This document shows positions 8,181 to 17,772 of a DNA stretch of 55,621 nt, piece after piece (position 1 is the first letter of the stretch; each line of letters begins with the position of its first letter). Made by a program: the position numbers and the translations under genes. Source of the stretch: a virus (lineage: Duplodnaviria > Caudoviricetes); the IMG/VR virus record IMGVR_UViG_3300042923_000252, positions 1 through 55,621 of that record. One strand, given 5' to 3'. The notes beneath the pieces were generated by a model that saw nothing but the letters and a program-made list of their open reading frames with translations, had not been told where the DNA came from and did not search any database.

Positions 8181-10192
8181 CAGTGCTTAGACCCCTCTCG
8201 GTCAATTACCGATCCCCAGGACCGGTCTCCGATCTCACCATCAGCAGGGATCAGAAGTCCCTTGTAGACGAACTGCATGATCTGCGCTGCCTTCTTGGTC
8301 AGCTCCTCTGCACGTTCCTTGGGGAAGCTGAACACGATCTCGTCATGCACAATGAGACGCATCCAAGGAGTGAATCCAGCCTTGTCGAGTTCGATCACGG
8401 CACGAACCGTAATGTCCCGGCAGGTCGACTGAATCCGGTAGTTCATGCCGGCGTAAGGACGGCTCTCATCCGTGAGGATGCGTCGGCCAGTAGCCGTGTA
8501 GATGAAGCCGTTCTTCTTAGCCTCGTTGGTGCACTTGTCCGAGAGCTTCCGAGTAGCCGGGTAGGTCTCCCAGAACGCCTTCACGGCCTTCTTGGCGTCC
8601 TCTTCGGCGATGTCCCACTGAGTGGAGACTGCGTTCCAACCGCCACCGAAGCAGACGGTGTAGTTGGTGCCCTTACCTGCCTTGCGTTTGGGGTGCTTGG
8701 ACTCCTTGTCCTTCGGGTCCCAACCCATGGGGCCGAAGGCGCCTGCCGCGGTGATGTTGTGGAGGTCTTCGCCCTCGTTGTACGCCTGGAGCATCCTTCT
8801 ATCACCGCTGTCCGCGGCAAGGAACATCAGCTCCATGGACGCGTAGTCCACCGTTGCCGAGACGTGCCCTTCCTCAGCCAGGAAGGAGTGCCGGACGTAT
8901 CCGGTGCCGGCAGGAAGGGTCTGGGCTGCGATGGCACCTGTCACGGTCATGCGTGCTGATCGTGCCTGGCAACTGTTGATGCTCACGTGCACCCGTCCCT
9001 CTCGGGACAGGTTCTTGAGGATGTTCTCGAACCAGGTGGAGCGCTTCTTCTCAGCGGACTTGGCCTTGAGAATGGCCTCAGTCAGCGGGTGGTCGATGGA
9101 CTTCAGAACCGACTCATCCGTAGAGAGCTGCCCCTTGGGGTGAGCCTCTGTCGGCTTCGTCCTCTTGGTGAGCTTGAAGCCGAGATCCGTCAGAGCCGTG
9201 ATGATCTGCTCAGACGAGCCGATGAGGTCGACGCCCCACTCAGCGGCAACAGCGCGCCACTTGGCCTCTTCCTCCTTCAGCTCCTCAATCCGCATCTTGA
9301 CGTACGGGACGTCCACCAGGTAACCAGTCCGCTCCATCTGGTAGGTGACCCAGTGAAGACGGTGCTCCCAGCCGATCAGGCCGTAAGCCAGGGACTTCCT
9401 CGGGATCAGAGGGAACAGGATCTTGGTCAGCCGATAGGCGAAGATCGGGTCCATGCCGGCGTAGAGGTTGTACCCCTCGTGGAAGAGAGGGACCTTCCCC
9501 CACACCGTGTCCTTGGTGACCTTGCCGTAGATACCCTCCTTGAACTCCCGGATGTACGAGTAGCCCAGGGACTTCAGAAGCTCCTTGGTGATGTCAGGGT
9601 TCTCAGAGAACCGGAACTCCAGGGTCTCCCCGGCCTTGTTCCGGGCCTTGAAGCCAACGACCTCCTTCTGAGAGTTGAGATCCTTGGCTATCTCGTTCAT
9701 GGACCCCTTGATTCGGGCTCCCAGACCCGAGTCCACATAGTGCTTGACCAGCTCTTCGAGCTTGAGCCCGATCCCGCCTTCCTTGGTGGCCCTACCGTCC
9801 ACCAGGTGAGCGAGGATCTTGGTGTCCCACGTCTTCTTGATCAGAGGGAAGGGGTCCACTCCGAAGCAGGACTCAATGACGTGGAAGTCGAACCCGCGGT
9901 TCTGTGCTGCAAGCCTCTTGACCTTGCCCAGGGCCCACTTCATGGCCTGGACGAAAACCTCCCCCAGCTCTACCGGGAGAATGAATGCCGTGTCCCAGTT
10001 ACCAAACTGAGCCAGCCGGCACCCGTAGTTGCCGGGAGCATCCCACCAGTTGAACCCTCCCGTTGTCTCCGTGTCGAAACCAAGGAAGTCCTCGTTCTCG
10101 TTCACGAACTGGTAGAAGTGGGGGAGGTCTTCCGGGGTCTCAACCACGTAAATAGTGATCGGACCCTTAACGTCTGCTGTGATCGTCTTCAA
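8180..10192 (-). CDS. polA: DNA polymerase I (family A; 3'-5' exonuclease + polymerase, no 5'-3' exonuclease)
   Basis: FDTETTG ExoI; DYASMEL motif A; RKAGKGTNY motif B; VHDEIV motif C. Confidence 0.96.
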   Translation of the reverse strand: MKTITADVKGPITIYVVETPEDLPHFYQFVNENEDFLGFDTETTGGFNWWDAPGNYGCRLAQFGNWDTAFILPVELGEVFVQAMKWALGKVKRLAAQNRGFDFHVIESCFGVDPFPLIKKTWDTKILAHLVDGRATKEGGIGLKLEELVKHYVDSGLGARIKGSMNEIAKDLNSQKEVVGFKARNKAGETLEFRFSENPDITKELLKSLGYSYIREFKEGIYGKVTKDTVWGKVPLFHEGYNLYAGMDPIFAYRLTKILFPLIPRKSLAYGLIGWEHRLHWVTYQMERTGYLVDVPYVKMRIEELKEEEAKWRAVAAEWGVDLIGSSEQIITALTDLGFKLTKRTKPTEAHPKGQLSTDESVLKSIDHPLTEAILKAKSAEKKRSTWFENILKNLSREGRVHVSINSCQARSARMTVTGAIAAQTLPAGTGYVRHSFLAEEGHVSATVDYASMELMFLAADSGDRRMLQAYNEGEDLHNITAAGAFGPMGWDPKDKESKHPKRKAGKGTNYTVCFGGGWNAVSTQWDIAEEDAKKAVKAFWETYPATRKLSDKCTNEAKKNGFIYTATGRRILTDESRPYAGMNYRIQSTCRDITVRAVIELDKAGFTPWMRLIVHDEIVFSFPKERAEELTKKAAQIMQFVYKGLLIPADGEIGDRSWGSVIDREGSKH

Positions 10193-10215
10193 GAAGACCT
10201 CCCCTGTTGAGTTGG

Positions 10216-10404
10216 TTACGCCTTAGACGCGGTTCCAATGACGACTTCAGACACTCGAACTACCCGCCACTGCCCAGGCCCCTGCGTAAAGGAACGACGA
10301 TGCATCTCGTCAAACGCTTCTTGCTCCCGGCTGTATGGCCCCCGGGTAGTCCACACGCCTCCCTGAAGACGTTCCCGAAGCTCGTACTCCTCGGAGTAAT
10401 TCAC
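10216..10404 (-). CDS. Hypothetical protein
   Basis: Coupled ORF. Confidence 0.5.
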   Translation of the reverse strand: MNYSEEYELRERLQGGVWTTRGPYSREQEAFDEMHRRSFTQGPGQWRVVRVSEVVIGTASKA

Positions 10405-10568
10405 TTGTCCTCCATGATGCAGCGACCAGGAATGTCCTTAGCCGGCGCCCAATTCCACATCCAACACGGACCACTGACACGGGACCAGATGCCGAAGCTC
10501 AGGATGCCAACCAGCACCAGAACCATGAGAGCCGAGACAAGCAGCTCGTCATTGCGGTTACGCCTCAT
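10401..10568 (-). CDS. Small membrane protein
   Basis: LLVSALMVLVLVGILSFGIW TM; C...PGRC motif. Confidence 0.6.
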   Translation of the reverse strand: MRRNRNDELLVSALMVLVLVGILSFGIWSRVSGPCWMWNWAPAKDIPGRCIMEDK

Positions 10569-10737
10569 AGCGCTCCCACCCCTTCCCCTCGTCACTCATG
10601 CCGAAGTACCAGTGGTCAGCAGCGAAGTCATCCCCGTCAACCCAGTTGACTGTCAGAATGTCCCCTTCATCTACACGGGCGAAGTCCCAACCATCAACCA
10701 GAATCCGGATCTTGTCTCCGGGCTTCAGCTCACTCAC
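10558..10737 (-). CDS. SH3/KOW-like small protein (59 aa)
   Basis: Read manually: [16 protein letters not shown]...; GTG overlaps the thyX stop. Confidence 0.6.
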   Translation of the reverse strand: MSELKPGDKIRILVDGWDFARVDEGDILTVNWVDGDDFAADHWYFGMSDEGKGWERYEA

Positions 10738-11447
10738 TTCTCACTCCCGTAAGGCTCGTCAGGGATGTCCTGGAAGGACGCAGGGGCGATTTCTCGAAGG
10801 TGCTCAAGGACCAGGCCGGCGAACTGCTGAATCTCGGCATCCGCGGCAACGTGGTGGCGCTTCCCGAGGACGTCACGCCATGCCCGGAGGTTTCCGGTAA
10901 CCACCATGTCCACCGGAGCGGCATTCGGGAGAACCGCCCTGGCAGCCTCACGAGCCTGCTTACGACTCTTTCCGAGGTCATCCATGAGGTACTTCACAAG
11001 GTTTTCGTAGAAGACCGTCTGAAGTCGGTACTCAGTGCGGATGTCCTCAGCAGCCGGTGTGTCCACCAGAGCCGGCGGAATCACAGGCTCGGTCTTCGAG
11101 TAGTCCACGTACCGCTGAGACACCACGGAGAAAGAGAGGTGCCGGTGTCGAGTCAGCTCAGCGAGAAGAGCACGAGAGACACCGCGGACGAGGAACGACA
11201 CCGAGGAGTGCTCCAGGACGCTGAAGTGCCCCTGATCCAGGATGTTCTTGAGGTAGTCCTCATTCCGAGCCGTGTTGGGGTTCGGACGGTTGAAAGACTT
11301 GTAGCAGAGTCGGCCGGCCGCTTCACCAAGAGCGTCTGCATCCTCTACATAGTCAGGATCGTTCTCGTCGCCGAAAGGCTCATAGCCGTATTCAGTCCGA
11401 AAGGAATGACCTGTCATGATCGTGCGACCAACAACGTCAACGTTCAC
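10734..11447 (-). CDS. thyX: FAD-dependent thymidylate synthase
   Basis: [36 protein letters not shown]. Confidence 0.97.
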   Translation of the reverse strand: MNVDVVGRTIMTGHSFRTEYGYEPFGDENDPDYVEDADALGEAAGRLCYKSFNRPNPNTARNEDYLKNILDQGHFSVLEHSSVSFLVRGVSRALLAELTRHRHLSFSVVSQRYVDYSKTEPVIPPALVDTPAAEDIRTEYRLQTVFYENLVKYLMDDLGKSRKQAREAARAVLPNAAPVDMVVTGNLRAWRDVLGKRHHVAADAEIQQFAGLVLEHLREIAPASFQDIPDEPYGSEK

Positions 11448-11608
11448 CAGTACAGCTCCGCAAGTCGGTTTTCGTATGTCTGAAGGAGGAACTCCGCTGT
11501 CTCATTGGTAAGCATCGGAGTTGTAAGCATTTCAACGAGTACAGAGCGCTTGAGATCCTCAAGGCTCATATGCTCAATATCCCTGCGGATTTCGGGAGTT
11601 AGCTCCAT
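11444..11608 (-). CDS. Hypothetical protein
   Basis: Fills the gap between the transglycosylase and thyX. Confidence 0.45.
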   Translation of the reverse strand: MELTPEIRRDIEHMSLEDLKRSVLVEMLTTPMLTNETAEFLLQTYENRLAELYW

Positions 11609-11625
11609 CCGGGACACGACAGCTC

Positions 11626-12192
11626 CTAATACCAGTTGTTTCGCTGAGAGTGGTTCCAGGCCCCGCAGACTCCGCCATAGCGGGAGTCGACGTACGACTT
11701 CATCCAACGAAGCTGAGTAGCGGGGTTAGTGCGCCAATCGGCGCCGGCAGACGCCATCTTGGAGCCGGGAAGAGCCTGAGGAAGTCCATAGGCCCCAGAT
11801 GAAGGGTTGGTGGCGTTCACCCGCCACCCGGATTCCTTGTTGATCAGTGCATCAGCACAGGAGAACTGAGAGCCGAAGATGGTTCGAGCAATGTCCCGAG
11901 CACTTCCCCGAGGGACTGTCGTTCGTGGAGGAGCCTTCCGCTCATTGGAGCGGGAGACTTCCTTGGGGGCCTTAGGACGAACAGTCTTGGTCTCAACGAC
12001 CTTCTTCGTGACTGTTGGGCCCGGAACAGGCACCTTCACCGGGAAGCGGTCTGTCTGCGTCACCGTGGGGCCAGGAACGGGAACCGACCTGATCTCAGGG
12101 CCGTTCATCTCCAGCACCCCGTGGGCAACCACGCTACTGGCGAGAGCAACGCCCACACCCGCTACGAGGATCTTTGCTGCCTTCTCATTCAT
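11626..12192 (-). CDS. Membrane-anchored/secreted lytic transglycosylase (SLT / Apf C-terminal-like)
   Basis: N-terminal hydrophobic helix, Pro/Thr linker, KESGWRVNATNPSSGAYGLPQALP...YVDSRYG...NWY. Confidence 0.9.
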   Translation of the reverse strand: MNEKAAKILVAGVGVALASSVVAHGVLEMNGPEIRSVPVPGPTVTQTDRFPVKVPVPGPTVTKKVVETKTVRPKAPKEVSRSNERKAPPRTTVPRGSARDIARTIFGSQFSCADALINKESGWRVNATNPSSGAYGLPQALPGSKMASAGADWRTNPATQLRWMKSYVDSRYGGVCGAWNHSQRNNWY

Positions 12193-12253
12193 AGAACTCC
12201 AGTGCCGAAGGGCAAGGGGGCCGGCCGGATTACCGGCCCCCGAGAGACTAAGA

Positions 12254-12266
12254 GTCTCGAATCAAC
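12254..12266 (-). promoter_or_regulatory. 13-bp operator/stoperator GTTGATTCGAGAC
   Basis: Exact motif, intergenic. Confidence 0.8.
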
Positions 12267-12287
12267 TTAGGAAGCAAAAAAAGAGGC

Positions 12288-12854
12288 TTACTTCAGCTCG
12301 TACTTGCCAGACTTCTTGTTCTTGAAGGCAGGCGGGCACTGAGCACTCTTCTCGCGCTCCTGGCAGAACATCGCCTCCCAGTTGTCCTTCGCGAAGTGCT
12401 TGCGAGGACCGTGAGCACAGGTCGTCACCCCGAGGTCCGAACCGGCAGCCGGCGCAGCCTGGTTGTACTGGACCTGACCGTTCTGGAAGGACGGTTTGGC
12501 CTGAGCAGCCGGCGCGGCCTGAGTCTTCGGACCACCCTTGTACTGACCTCGGGTGTACTCCGCGGCCTGGGAGAAGAACTCGATGAGGCCCTTGTTCTTC
12601 ATGGCCAGGAGGAGATCCTGAGCGTTCTGCGCAGTCTCCTCGGCAGAGGCACCGTAGACGGTCGGGGTCAGCCACTCAGCGTCATAGCCGGCAGCAGCCT
12701 TCAGGGTCATGCCGATCTTGAAGGGGTTCGGGGCAGAAGCAACAACAGGCGGGTTGGTCACAGGCACCTCCGGTGCGGACGGCTGGGGCTCAGGCTGAGC
12801 AACTTCCCAGGGGCTCTTCTGCCCCCAGGGGTCGGTGGGGTCAAAGTCAGTCAC
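12288..12854 (-). CDS. Conserved L5-like hypothetical protein (possible ssDNA-binding/recombination accessory)
   Basis: DPW N-terminus, TLKAAAGYDAEWL, C-terminal CAHG..C..C; position next to RNR. Confidence 0.6.
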   Translation of the reverse strand: MTDFDPTDPWGQKSPWEVAQPEPQPSAPEVPVTNPPVVASAPNPFKIGMTLKAAAGYDAEWLTPTVYGASAEETAQNAQDLLLAMKNKGLIEFFSQAAEYTRGQYKGGPKTQAAPAAQAKPSFQNGQVQYNQAAPAAGSDLGVTTCAHGPRKHFAKDNWEAMFCQEREKSAQCPPAFKNKKSGKYELK

Positions 12855-12888
12855 GCTTACCTCCTACTTCCAGTGTGGCAGGGTTGCG

Positions 12889-12901
12889 GTCTCGAATCAA
12901 C
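12889..12901 (-). promoter_or_regulatory. 13-bp operator/stoperator
   Basis: Exact GTTGATTCGAGAC, intergenic. Confidence 0.8.
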
Positions 12902-12908
12902 TACAGAG

Positions 12909-13277
12909 TCAGTGCTGTGGGTCACAATGCTTGCTGTACTTGCCGTGCTTGTAGTTGTAGTGGGCCGTCCCACTCGGAGCCCAGTGCCGGCCCTTGGCGT
13001 CACGGTCCGCTGTGTTCTCAGTGGGAGTACCAAGGAAGAGGTGGTCCGGGTTACAGCACTGTGGGACGTCGCAGGTGTGGCACACCTGAAGACCCTTGGG
13101 AACAGGACCACGCCACAGCATGTACGCCGCGACGTGAGTCCCTATGCCGACTCGAACGTTGCCACCAGGCTTGATGCGGCCATACTTCTTACCGGCCCTG
13201 GTGTCTATCCAGCACTCACCTGACTTGTCCAGTCGAGCAACAAGTCGCTCCTCCAACGGAGCCGCTACGTACGGCAT
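12909..13277 (-). CDS. HNH homing endonuclease
   Basis: ECWI...YG...THVAAY...VCHTCDVPQCCNPDHLFLGTPTEN; ATG overlaps the RNR stop. Confidence 0.9.
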   Translation of the reverse strand: MPYVAAPLEERLVARLDKSGECWIDTRAGKKYGRIKPGGNVRVGIGTHVAAYMLWRGPVPKGLQVCHTCDVPQCCNPDHLFLGTPTENTADRDAKGRHWAPSGTAHYNYKHGKYSKHCDPQH

Positions 13278-15307
13278 CAGACCGGACACGCGCCAGAGGC
13301 GCATACCTCGTCAAAGCCTGTGTCGGTCACTTCGATGCCGACTTCCGCGGCACGCTGAAGGTACTCCTCCTTGGTGATCCTCTCGTAGGGGGTCTGAGGC
13401 ATGCTCATCTCAGGGAAGCAAGTCGTCCCCTTCAGCTCCGGGAGGTACTCGGCCAGGAGGCCGGCAAGCTCCTCCGCGGTGTACTTCTCCGGGTCGACGT
13501 TGACCGTGTAGGACACGGCCTGGTCAGCCCAGTACTTCTGGTAGAGCCGCTGGACGTTCAGCATGTCCTTGATGGTCAGGTCTCCAGCGTGCTGGAAGTA
13601 CTCGGGGTACTCCAGCTCGTCAAGGAGACTGTCCTTCGTCGGGATCTCCACCACAGACGTGTTGGGGGCGTACTGACACGGCTCCACCCGGTAGCCCTTG
13701 CGTCGGTACTCCTCCACCTGAGCAATCTCCACCGGGTCCACGTTCGAGAACCGGATTCGACGGATGAAGTAGTCCGCGAAGGGGGCATGCGTCGCCTCAC
13801 CCGAGACGCCGGCCAACTTGCTGATGGTGCCAGTCGGAGCAATCACCCGCTTCTTGATCGGAACCGGGATACGCAGCTCGTTGGCGTACTCGGCTGCTGC
13901 CTCGTCCACCACACGGGCCCAGGTGGTCAGGTGGGACCTGATGGCCGTGGAGGATGAAGCCTCTACGTACCGCCAACCCTGCTTGTAAAGGAAGTCAGCA
14001 AACCCAAGATGTCCAACACCGATGCGACGGTAACGAGCAATCGCCTCAGCCGACTTGGGGTCAGCCACATCAGCGAACGTCGCACGGATCAGATACCGAG
14101 TAATGAGCCGGTGGGCCTGTACCAGACCAGAGGTGTCAACCCCATCAGACTCAACAAACGCACCGAGGTTGACCGACCCCAGGTTGCACGGCTCCCAGGG
14201 AGTCAGCGTTGCCTCACCACAGGGGTTAGTGGTGAAGGTGCCGTCCACCTCCCCTTCCGCGGTGAGAGCCGAGTTCCACACACCAGGCTCCCCGTTCCGG
14301 AGCATGCCTTCAGCGATGGCCTGGAGAACCTCGTACGCCTGTCCGCCGTAGTACTTCTCCCGAGCCTCGAAGAACCGCTCATCCACCTCCACGCTGATGT
14401 TGGTGGTCCAGTGACCTCCCTCAGCCTTGATGTTGATGAAGTCAAAGATCACTGGGTCATCCCAACGCATGATCGACATGCGAGCAGAACGACGGACACC
14501 ACCAGAGACGATGCACTTGGCAATGGCGTGGTCGATCCGCATGGCGTCCAGGCCGTTGATGCTGGAGAAGATGTCCAGGTCATCAAGACGTCGGTAGACC
14601 AGAGAGAGGATCTGCCCAACCTCCCACATCATCTCTGCGAAGGGCTCGGGGCCCGAAGCAGTCCCACCGAACGACTTCAGCGGAGAACCCTTCTCCCGAA
14701 CCCGAGAGACGTCGTAGACCCTCTGAGTGTGCCGAGTCTTCGGATCATGGGCAGTGCGGATCAGGTCCCCGAGGGCCTCAGCCCAACCCTCCCGAGAGTC
14801 CTCCACTGCGTAGGCGCCAGCCCACTCGTGGTGATACTCGGTGGAGATCAGACCGGCCTCCTTCAGAGCCCCATAGTCCGGGTGTCCCGGATGACAGACG
14901 ATGTGGACGTTGACCGGGACCTGAACCGCGGGGTAGTCCTCAAGGAACCGCTCCGAGTAGTTCGAGCCCACTCCCCCGCCCTCGGCCAGGCGGAGGAGAG
15001 TGAAGGTGAAGTGCTCCTCAGGCTTCGCCGGGTCCCAGCCGGCAGCCCAACAGTTGTTCAGGGCAAAGTCGTTGACACCACTGGACTTCAGGTGCCGTCC
15101 AGCCGGCAGGAGCTTGAAGCTCTCAATCAGCTCGATGAGGGCCTCTCGCTCACCCTCTTCGATGTACCGCGGATCAACGAGCTTCAGGTTGCCGTCGACC
15201 ACACGACGAACGGTCTCAGGCCAGGACTCCTGACTCCCGTCAGGCTTGGTCCGGGAGTAGGTCCGGTAATAGACCTGCTTCGCAGTCTCAGTCTTGAACT
15301 CCGTCAT
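13277..15307 (-). CDS. nrdJ: Class II (B12-dependent) ribonucleotide reductase
   Basis: RTYSR, LNNCW, SGGVRRSA, TNPCGE, APTGTIS, C-terminal CASGACP. Confidence 0.95.
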   Translation of the reverse strand: MTEFKTETAKQVYYRTYSRTKPDGSQESWPETVRRVVDGNLKLVDPRYIEEGEREALIELIESFKLLPAGRHLKSSGVNDFALNNCWAAGWDPAKPEEHFTFTLLRLAEGGGVGSNYSERFLEDYPAVQVPVNVHIVCHPGHPDYGALKEAGLISTEYHHEWAGAYAVEDSREGWAEALGDLIRTAHDPKTRHTQRVYDVSRVREKGSPLKSFGGTASGPEPFAEMMWEVGQILSLVYRRLDDLDIFSSINGLDAMRIDHAIAKCIVSGGVRRSARMSIMRWDDPVIFDFINIKAEGGHWTTNISVEVDERFFEAREKYYGGQAYEVLQAIAEGMLRNGEPGVWNSALTAEGEVDGTFTTNPCGEATLTPWEPCNLGSVNLGAFVESDGVDTSGLVQAHRLITRYLIRATFADVADPKSAEAIARYRRIGVGHLGFADFLYKQGWRYVEASSSTAIRSHLTTWARVVDEAAAEYANELRIPVPIKKRVIAPTGTISKLAGVSGEATHAPFADYFIRRIRFSNVDPVEIAQVEEYRRKGYRVEPCQYAPNTSVVEIPTKDSLLDELEYPEYFQHAGDLTIKDMLNVQRLYQKYWADQAVSYTVNVDPEKYTAEELAGLLAEYLPELKGTTCFPEMSMPQTPYERITKEEYLQRAAEVGIEVTDTGFDEVCASGACPV

Positions 15308-15528
15308 TCAGTCTCCTTGTTGGTCGGCTGTCGGCTCTCCAGCTCATCCCGAGCCACGGACAGCATGTGAATCAGCGTGTTGAGGTCGTCAAGACCCAAA
15401 CCATTTTCCGACTCCGGATATTCATGACTTCCGAAGTTGAGATCGACCTCGCTCCGGTCACCCCCAAAGGTGACCGTGACGAAGTAACTACTCCCATACA
15501 GCAGATGAGAAAGACGCGTCTCAATCAT
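15304..15528 (-). CDS. Hypothetical protein
   Basis: Coupled ORF. Confidence 0.55.
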   Translation of the reverse strand: MIETRLSHLLYGSSYFVTVTFGGDRSEVDLNFGSHEYPESENGLGLDDLNTLIHMLSVARDELESRQPTNKETE

Positions 15529-16082
15529 CGGCCTGTCCGAATGTTGCGGTTCATAATCTGCGTCAGGCTGTCGACAGCCCGGTAAGAGGCTCGACGCTCG
15601 TTGGCGTCCCTCGGAGGCAGGCCATAGATGAAGACTCGCTCAACGACTGCCTTGTAACCCTCAGAGAGCTTGTGGAGGCCCTTCTGAGCATCAATGCGAG
15701 CAGTCACGATGTTGTCCGAGATCTTGGCCTGAGTCAGGTCGTCCTTCTTGCCGATGACCTGCCCAATCTCCTCGTCCGAGTAGACGAAGGACCGGAGAGC
15801 GATTCGGACCTCATCGGGGGTGTAGAAGTACTGATCGTCCATCAGGTCATAGTGGTTGCGCTCCTTCGCAGCGAAGCGCTTGCCGGCAGTCCAGCAGACC
15901 TTTCGGAGGAAGTCAGTGTCCCCGAAGTGAGGAGCAAGACGCTCACGCTCCTCCAGGAGGTGAACCATGATCTCCTGCTTCACATCATCGGCTTCAACCA
16001 CCGACCACTTCTCAGCAATCTCATAGGCGACCTTGCCTGCAATCTCGATGACCGGCTCCCAGTCGAACTCAGTCTTGGTCAC
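15525..16082 (-). CDS. Sigma-factor-like HTH DNA-binding protein
   Basis: EADDVKQEI region-2-like; YFYTPDEVR; DAQKGLHKLSEGYK region-4-like; as in L5-like phages. Confidence 0.7.
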   Translation of the reverse strand: MTKTEFDWEPVIEIAGKVAYEIAEKWSVVEADDVKQEIMVHLLEERERLAPHFGDTDFLRKVCWTAGKRFAAKERNHYDLMDDQYFYTPDEVRIALRSFVYSDEEIGQVIGKKDDLTQAKISDNIVTARIDAQKGLHKLSEGYKAVVERVFIYGLPPRDANERRASYRAVDSLTQIMNRNIRTGR

Positions 16083-16306
16083 TCGTCCTCCGTGTAAATC
16101 TGGTATTCCCCGTCATGCATCACAGGCTCAAGCTCTCCGTCGTCCTCCCGAGACCAGGGCTGCCCCCAGCCTCCACACTGAGCACAAACCCCGCCAGGAG
16201 CCTCCTCATAAGCCTGATCAATGATCTCCTCAGGGTCAGTGGAATCCGTTTCCACTGTCACTGTGACACCAATGGTCTGGTTGAACAGCACCGTCTTCTT
16301 AGCCAT
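16079..16306 (-). CDS. Hypothetical protein (CxxC)
   Basis: Coupled ORF. Confidence 0.6.
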   Translation of the reverse strand: MAKKTVLFNQTIGVTVTVETDSTDPEEIIDQAYEEAPGGVCAQCGGWGQPWSREDDGELEPVMHDGEYQIYTEDE

Positions 16307-16617
16307 CAGTCCTCCTCCTTCACGGGCTTCCACTCAGTGGTGACTACCTCAACCTGTTCGACCTCTACGGCCTTGATCTGGTCTTCGTAGTCCCAAGGGT
16401 CAACGTCATCCTGACTGTCACTGGCACCCACCTCGTAATAGACGCGGTACGCCTTACCGTCGTCCGGGGCCCGAAAGACAAACTCATAGACGTTGGTCCA
16501 CCGAGTGGTGTCGTACAGCTCGTCACGAAGCTCTTCCGCGGTCCCCTCGCCCCCTCCGCACTCGTAGGGGACGCCGAACGCCTCAAGCTCGTCTCGGGTG
16601 AAGATGCGAGTCTTCAT
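16306..16617 (-). CDS. Hypothetical phage protein
   Basis: RW...VF...DGK.Y...Y..GA..Q pattern; coupled. Confidence 0.7.
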   Translation of the reverse strand: MKTRIFTRDELEAFGVPYECGGGEGTAEELRDELYDTTRWTNVYEFVFRAPDDGKAYRVYYEVGASDSQDDVDPWDYEDQIKAVEVEQVEVVTTEWKPVKEED

Positions 16618-16799
16618 CAGTCCTCCGGAATCTCAATGCCGTTGAAGTAGTCACGGAGACCCTTGGTGACATCCCAGTCAGCCGCGAACTCGTCCATCTC
16701 AATCACGAAAGCAACCAGCTCTTTAGTGGACAGGTTCCGAACCAGCTCCCGTGCAATGTCGACGCTCTCAACGTCGACCTCAATGGTTGTGTGAGCCAT
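16617..16799 (-). CDS. Hypothetical protein
   Basis: Coupled ORF. Confidence 0.55.
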   Translation of the reverse strand: MAHTTIEVDVESVDIARELVRNLSTKELVAFVIEMDEFAADWDVTKGLRDYFNGIEIPED

Positions 16800-17539
16800 T
16801 ACTTCACCCCTCGAATCTCGACACCGGATAGGCGCTTACCACTTCGCATCCACTTACCGCAGTCGTCACACCGGTACTGCTGGAAGGCAGAGACCTGGGT
16901 GTAGGCAATCCCGCGCTTCTTCAGGTTGGCCCCACCACAGTTCGTGCAGGTGTCCTCATCTCCCTCCTGGTAAAGACCATGAGTCGGGTGAGAGGAGATC
17001 CACGGAAGAAGTCGGTCGTAGAGCTGCTCAGTGATCACAACGTCCTGGACGTTGTACTTCTTCATCTCCTCCCAAGCCTGGTAGTCGCCGGCCATGCACT
17101 TGACCCAGAGCTGATGGCCACCGTTGGAAACCTTGTGGTCCAGGTCGAGAGCCTTGGTGACGTAGTCCAGCTTGTTGCTCGGGAACCGGAAGTTCTTCTT
17201 GACGACCTTCAGGAGGTCGATCTGAGCGTAAGGAGAGGGCGGGGTCAGGCCGGCCTCAATGAACTCCCGGTTGAGGTGCGGGATGTCAAACCGGGCCCCA
17301 TTGAAGTGGATTACGGCGTCAGCCTCGTCCAGGTGAGCATGAGCCGCAGCAACCATCTCGGACTTGCCGTGATGAAAGCTGCTGAAGAACGCAGTCTCCG
17401 AAGAGTCGTACCACTTGGCTGCAAAGCAGATGACCTCACCAGACTCAAGGAGCTGAGAGAGACCTACGTTCTGCTGCCAAAGGCCCCAGACGTGAGCGAG
17501 GTTGGGGCTTGTCTCGATGTCCAGCGTTAGTAGCCTCAA
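16799..17539 (-). CDS. DnaQ/RNase H-like 3'-5' exonuclease with C-terminal Zn ribbon
   Basis: LDIETSP, HFNGARFDIP, YNVQDV, CTNCG...CDDCG. Confidence 0.9.
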   Translation of the reverse strand: MRLLTLDIETSPNLAHVWGLWQQNVGLSQLLESGEVICFAAKWYDSSETAFFSSFHHGKSEMVAAAHAHLDEADAVIHFNGARFDIPHLNREFIEAGLTPPSPYAQIDLLKVVKKNFRFPSNKLDYVTKALDLDHKVSNGGHQLWVKCMAGDYQAWEEMKKYNVQDVVITEQLYDRLLPWISSHPTHGLYQEGDEDTCTNCGGANLKKRGIAYTQVSAFQQYRCDDCGKWMRSGKRLSGVEIRGVK

Positions 17540-17772
17540 GATCCATCCTCCGTCTCAGTGAGGTTGAACGAGACCCGAAGGACAGCGTTAGGGGTGATCC
17601 AAACGTATCGAGCCTCCTCCATGACGAGGAAGAAGCCGTCCTTGGAGATGGTGTCTACAGCTTCCTGAACCTCGTCGGAAAAGTACTCAGGCGAACATTC
17701 GGCCTTAACCGTGTGGACCTTCGGAAGGCCGTTAGGGTCCAGGTAGTCAATAATGATCTCTGATTCGGTCAC
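17536..17772 (-). CDS. Hypothetical protein
   Basis: Coupled ORF. Confidence 0.55.
   Translation of the reverse strand: MTESEIIIDYLDPNGLPKVHTVKAECSPEYFSDEVQEAVDTISKDGFFLVMEEARYVWITPNAVLRVSFNLTETEDGS

Noticed and set aside
8180-15307. Inteins or introns in polA/nrdJ
   Set aside because: The ORFs are continuous and of normal length, with no intein splice motifs; the PolA insertion is too short.
8987-15370. Long + strand ORFs antisense to polA and nrdJ (e.g. 8987-10210, 14009-15370) and similar ones opposite structural genes
   Set aside because: Shadow ORFs expected from high-GC codon bias; no motifs or RBS.
17563-17574. GTTGAACGAGAC as an operator in the wrong orientation
   Set aside because: One base shorter than the 13-mer and inside coding sequence; likely chance.
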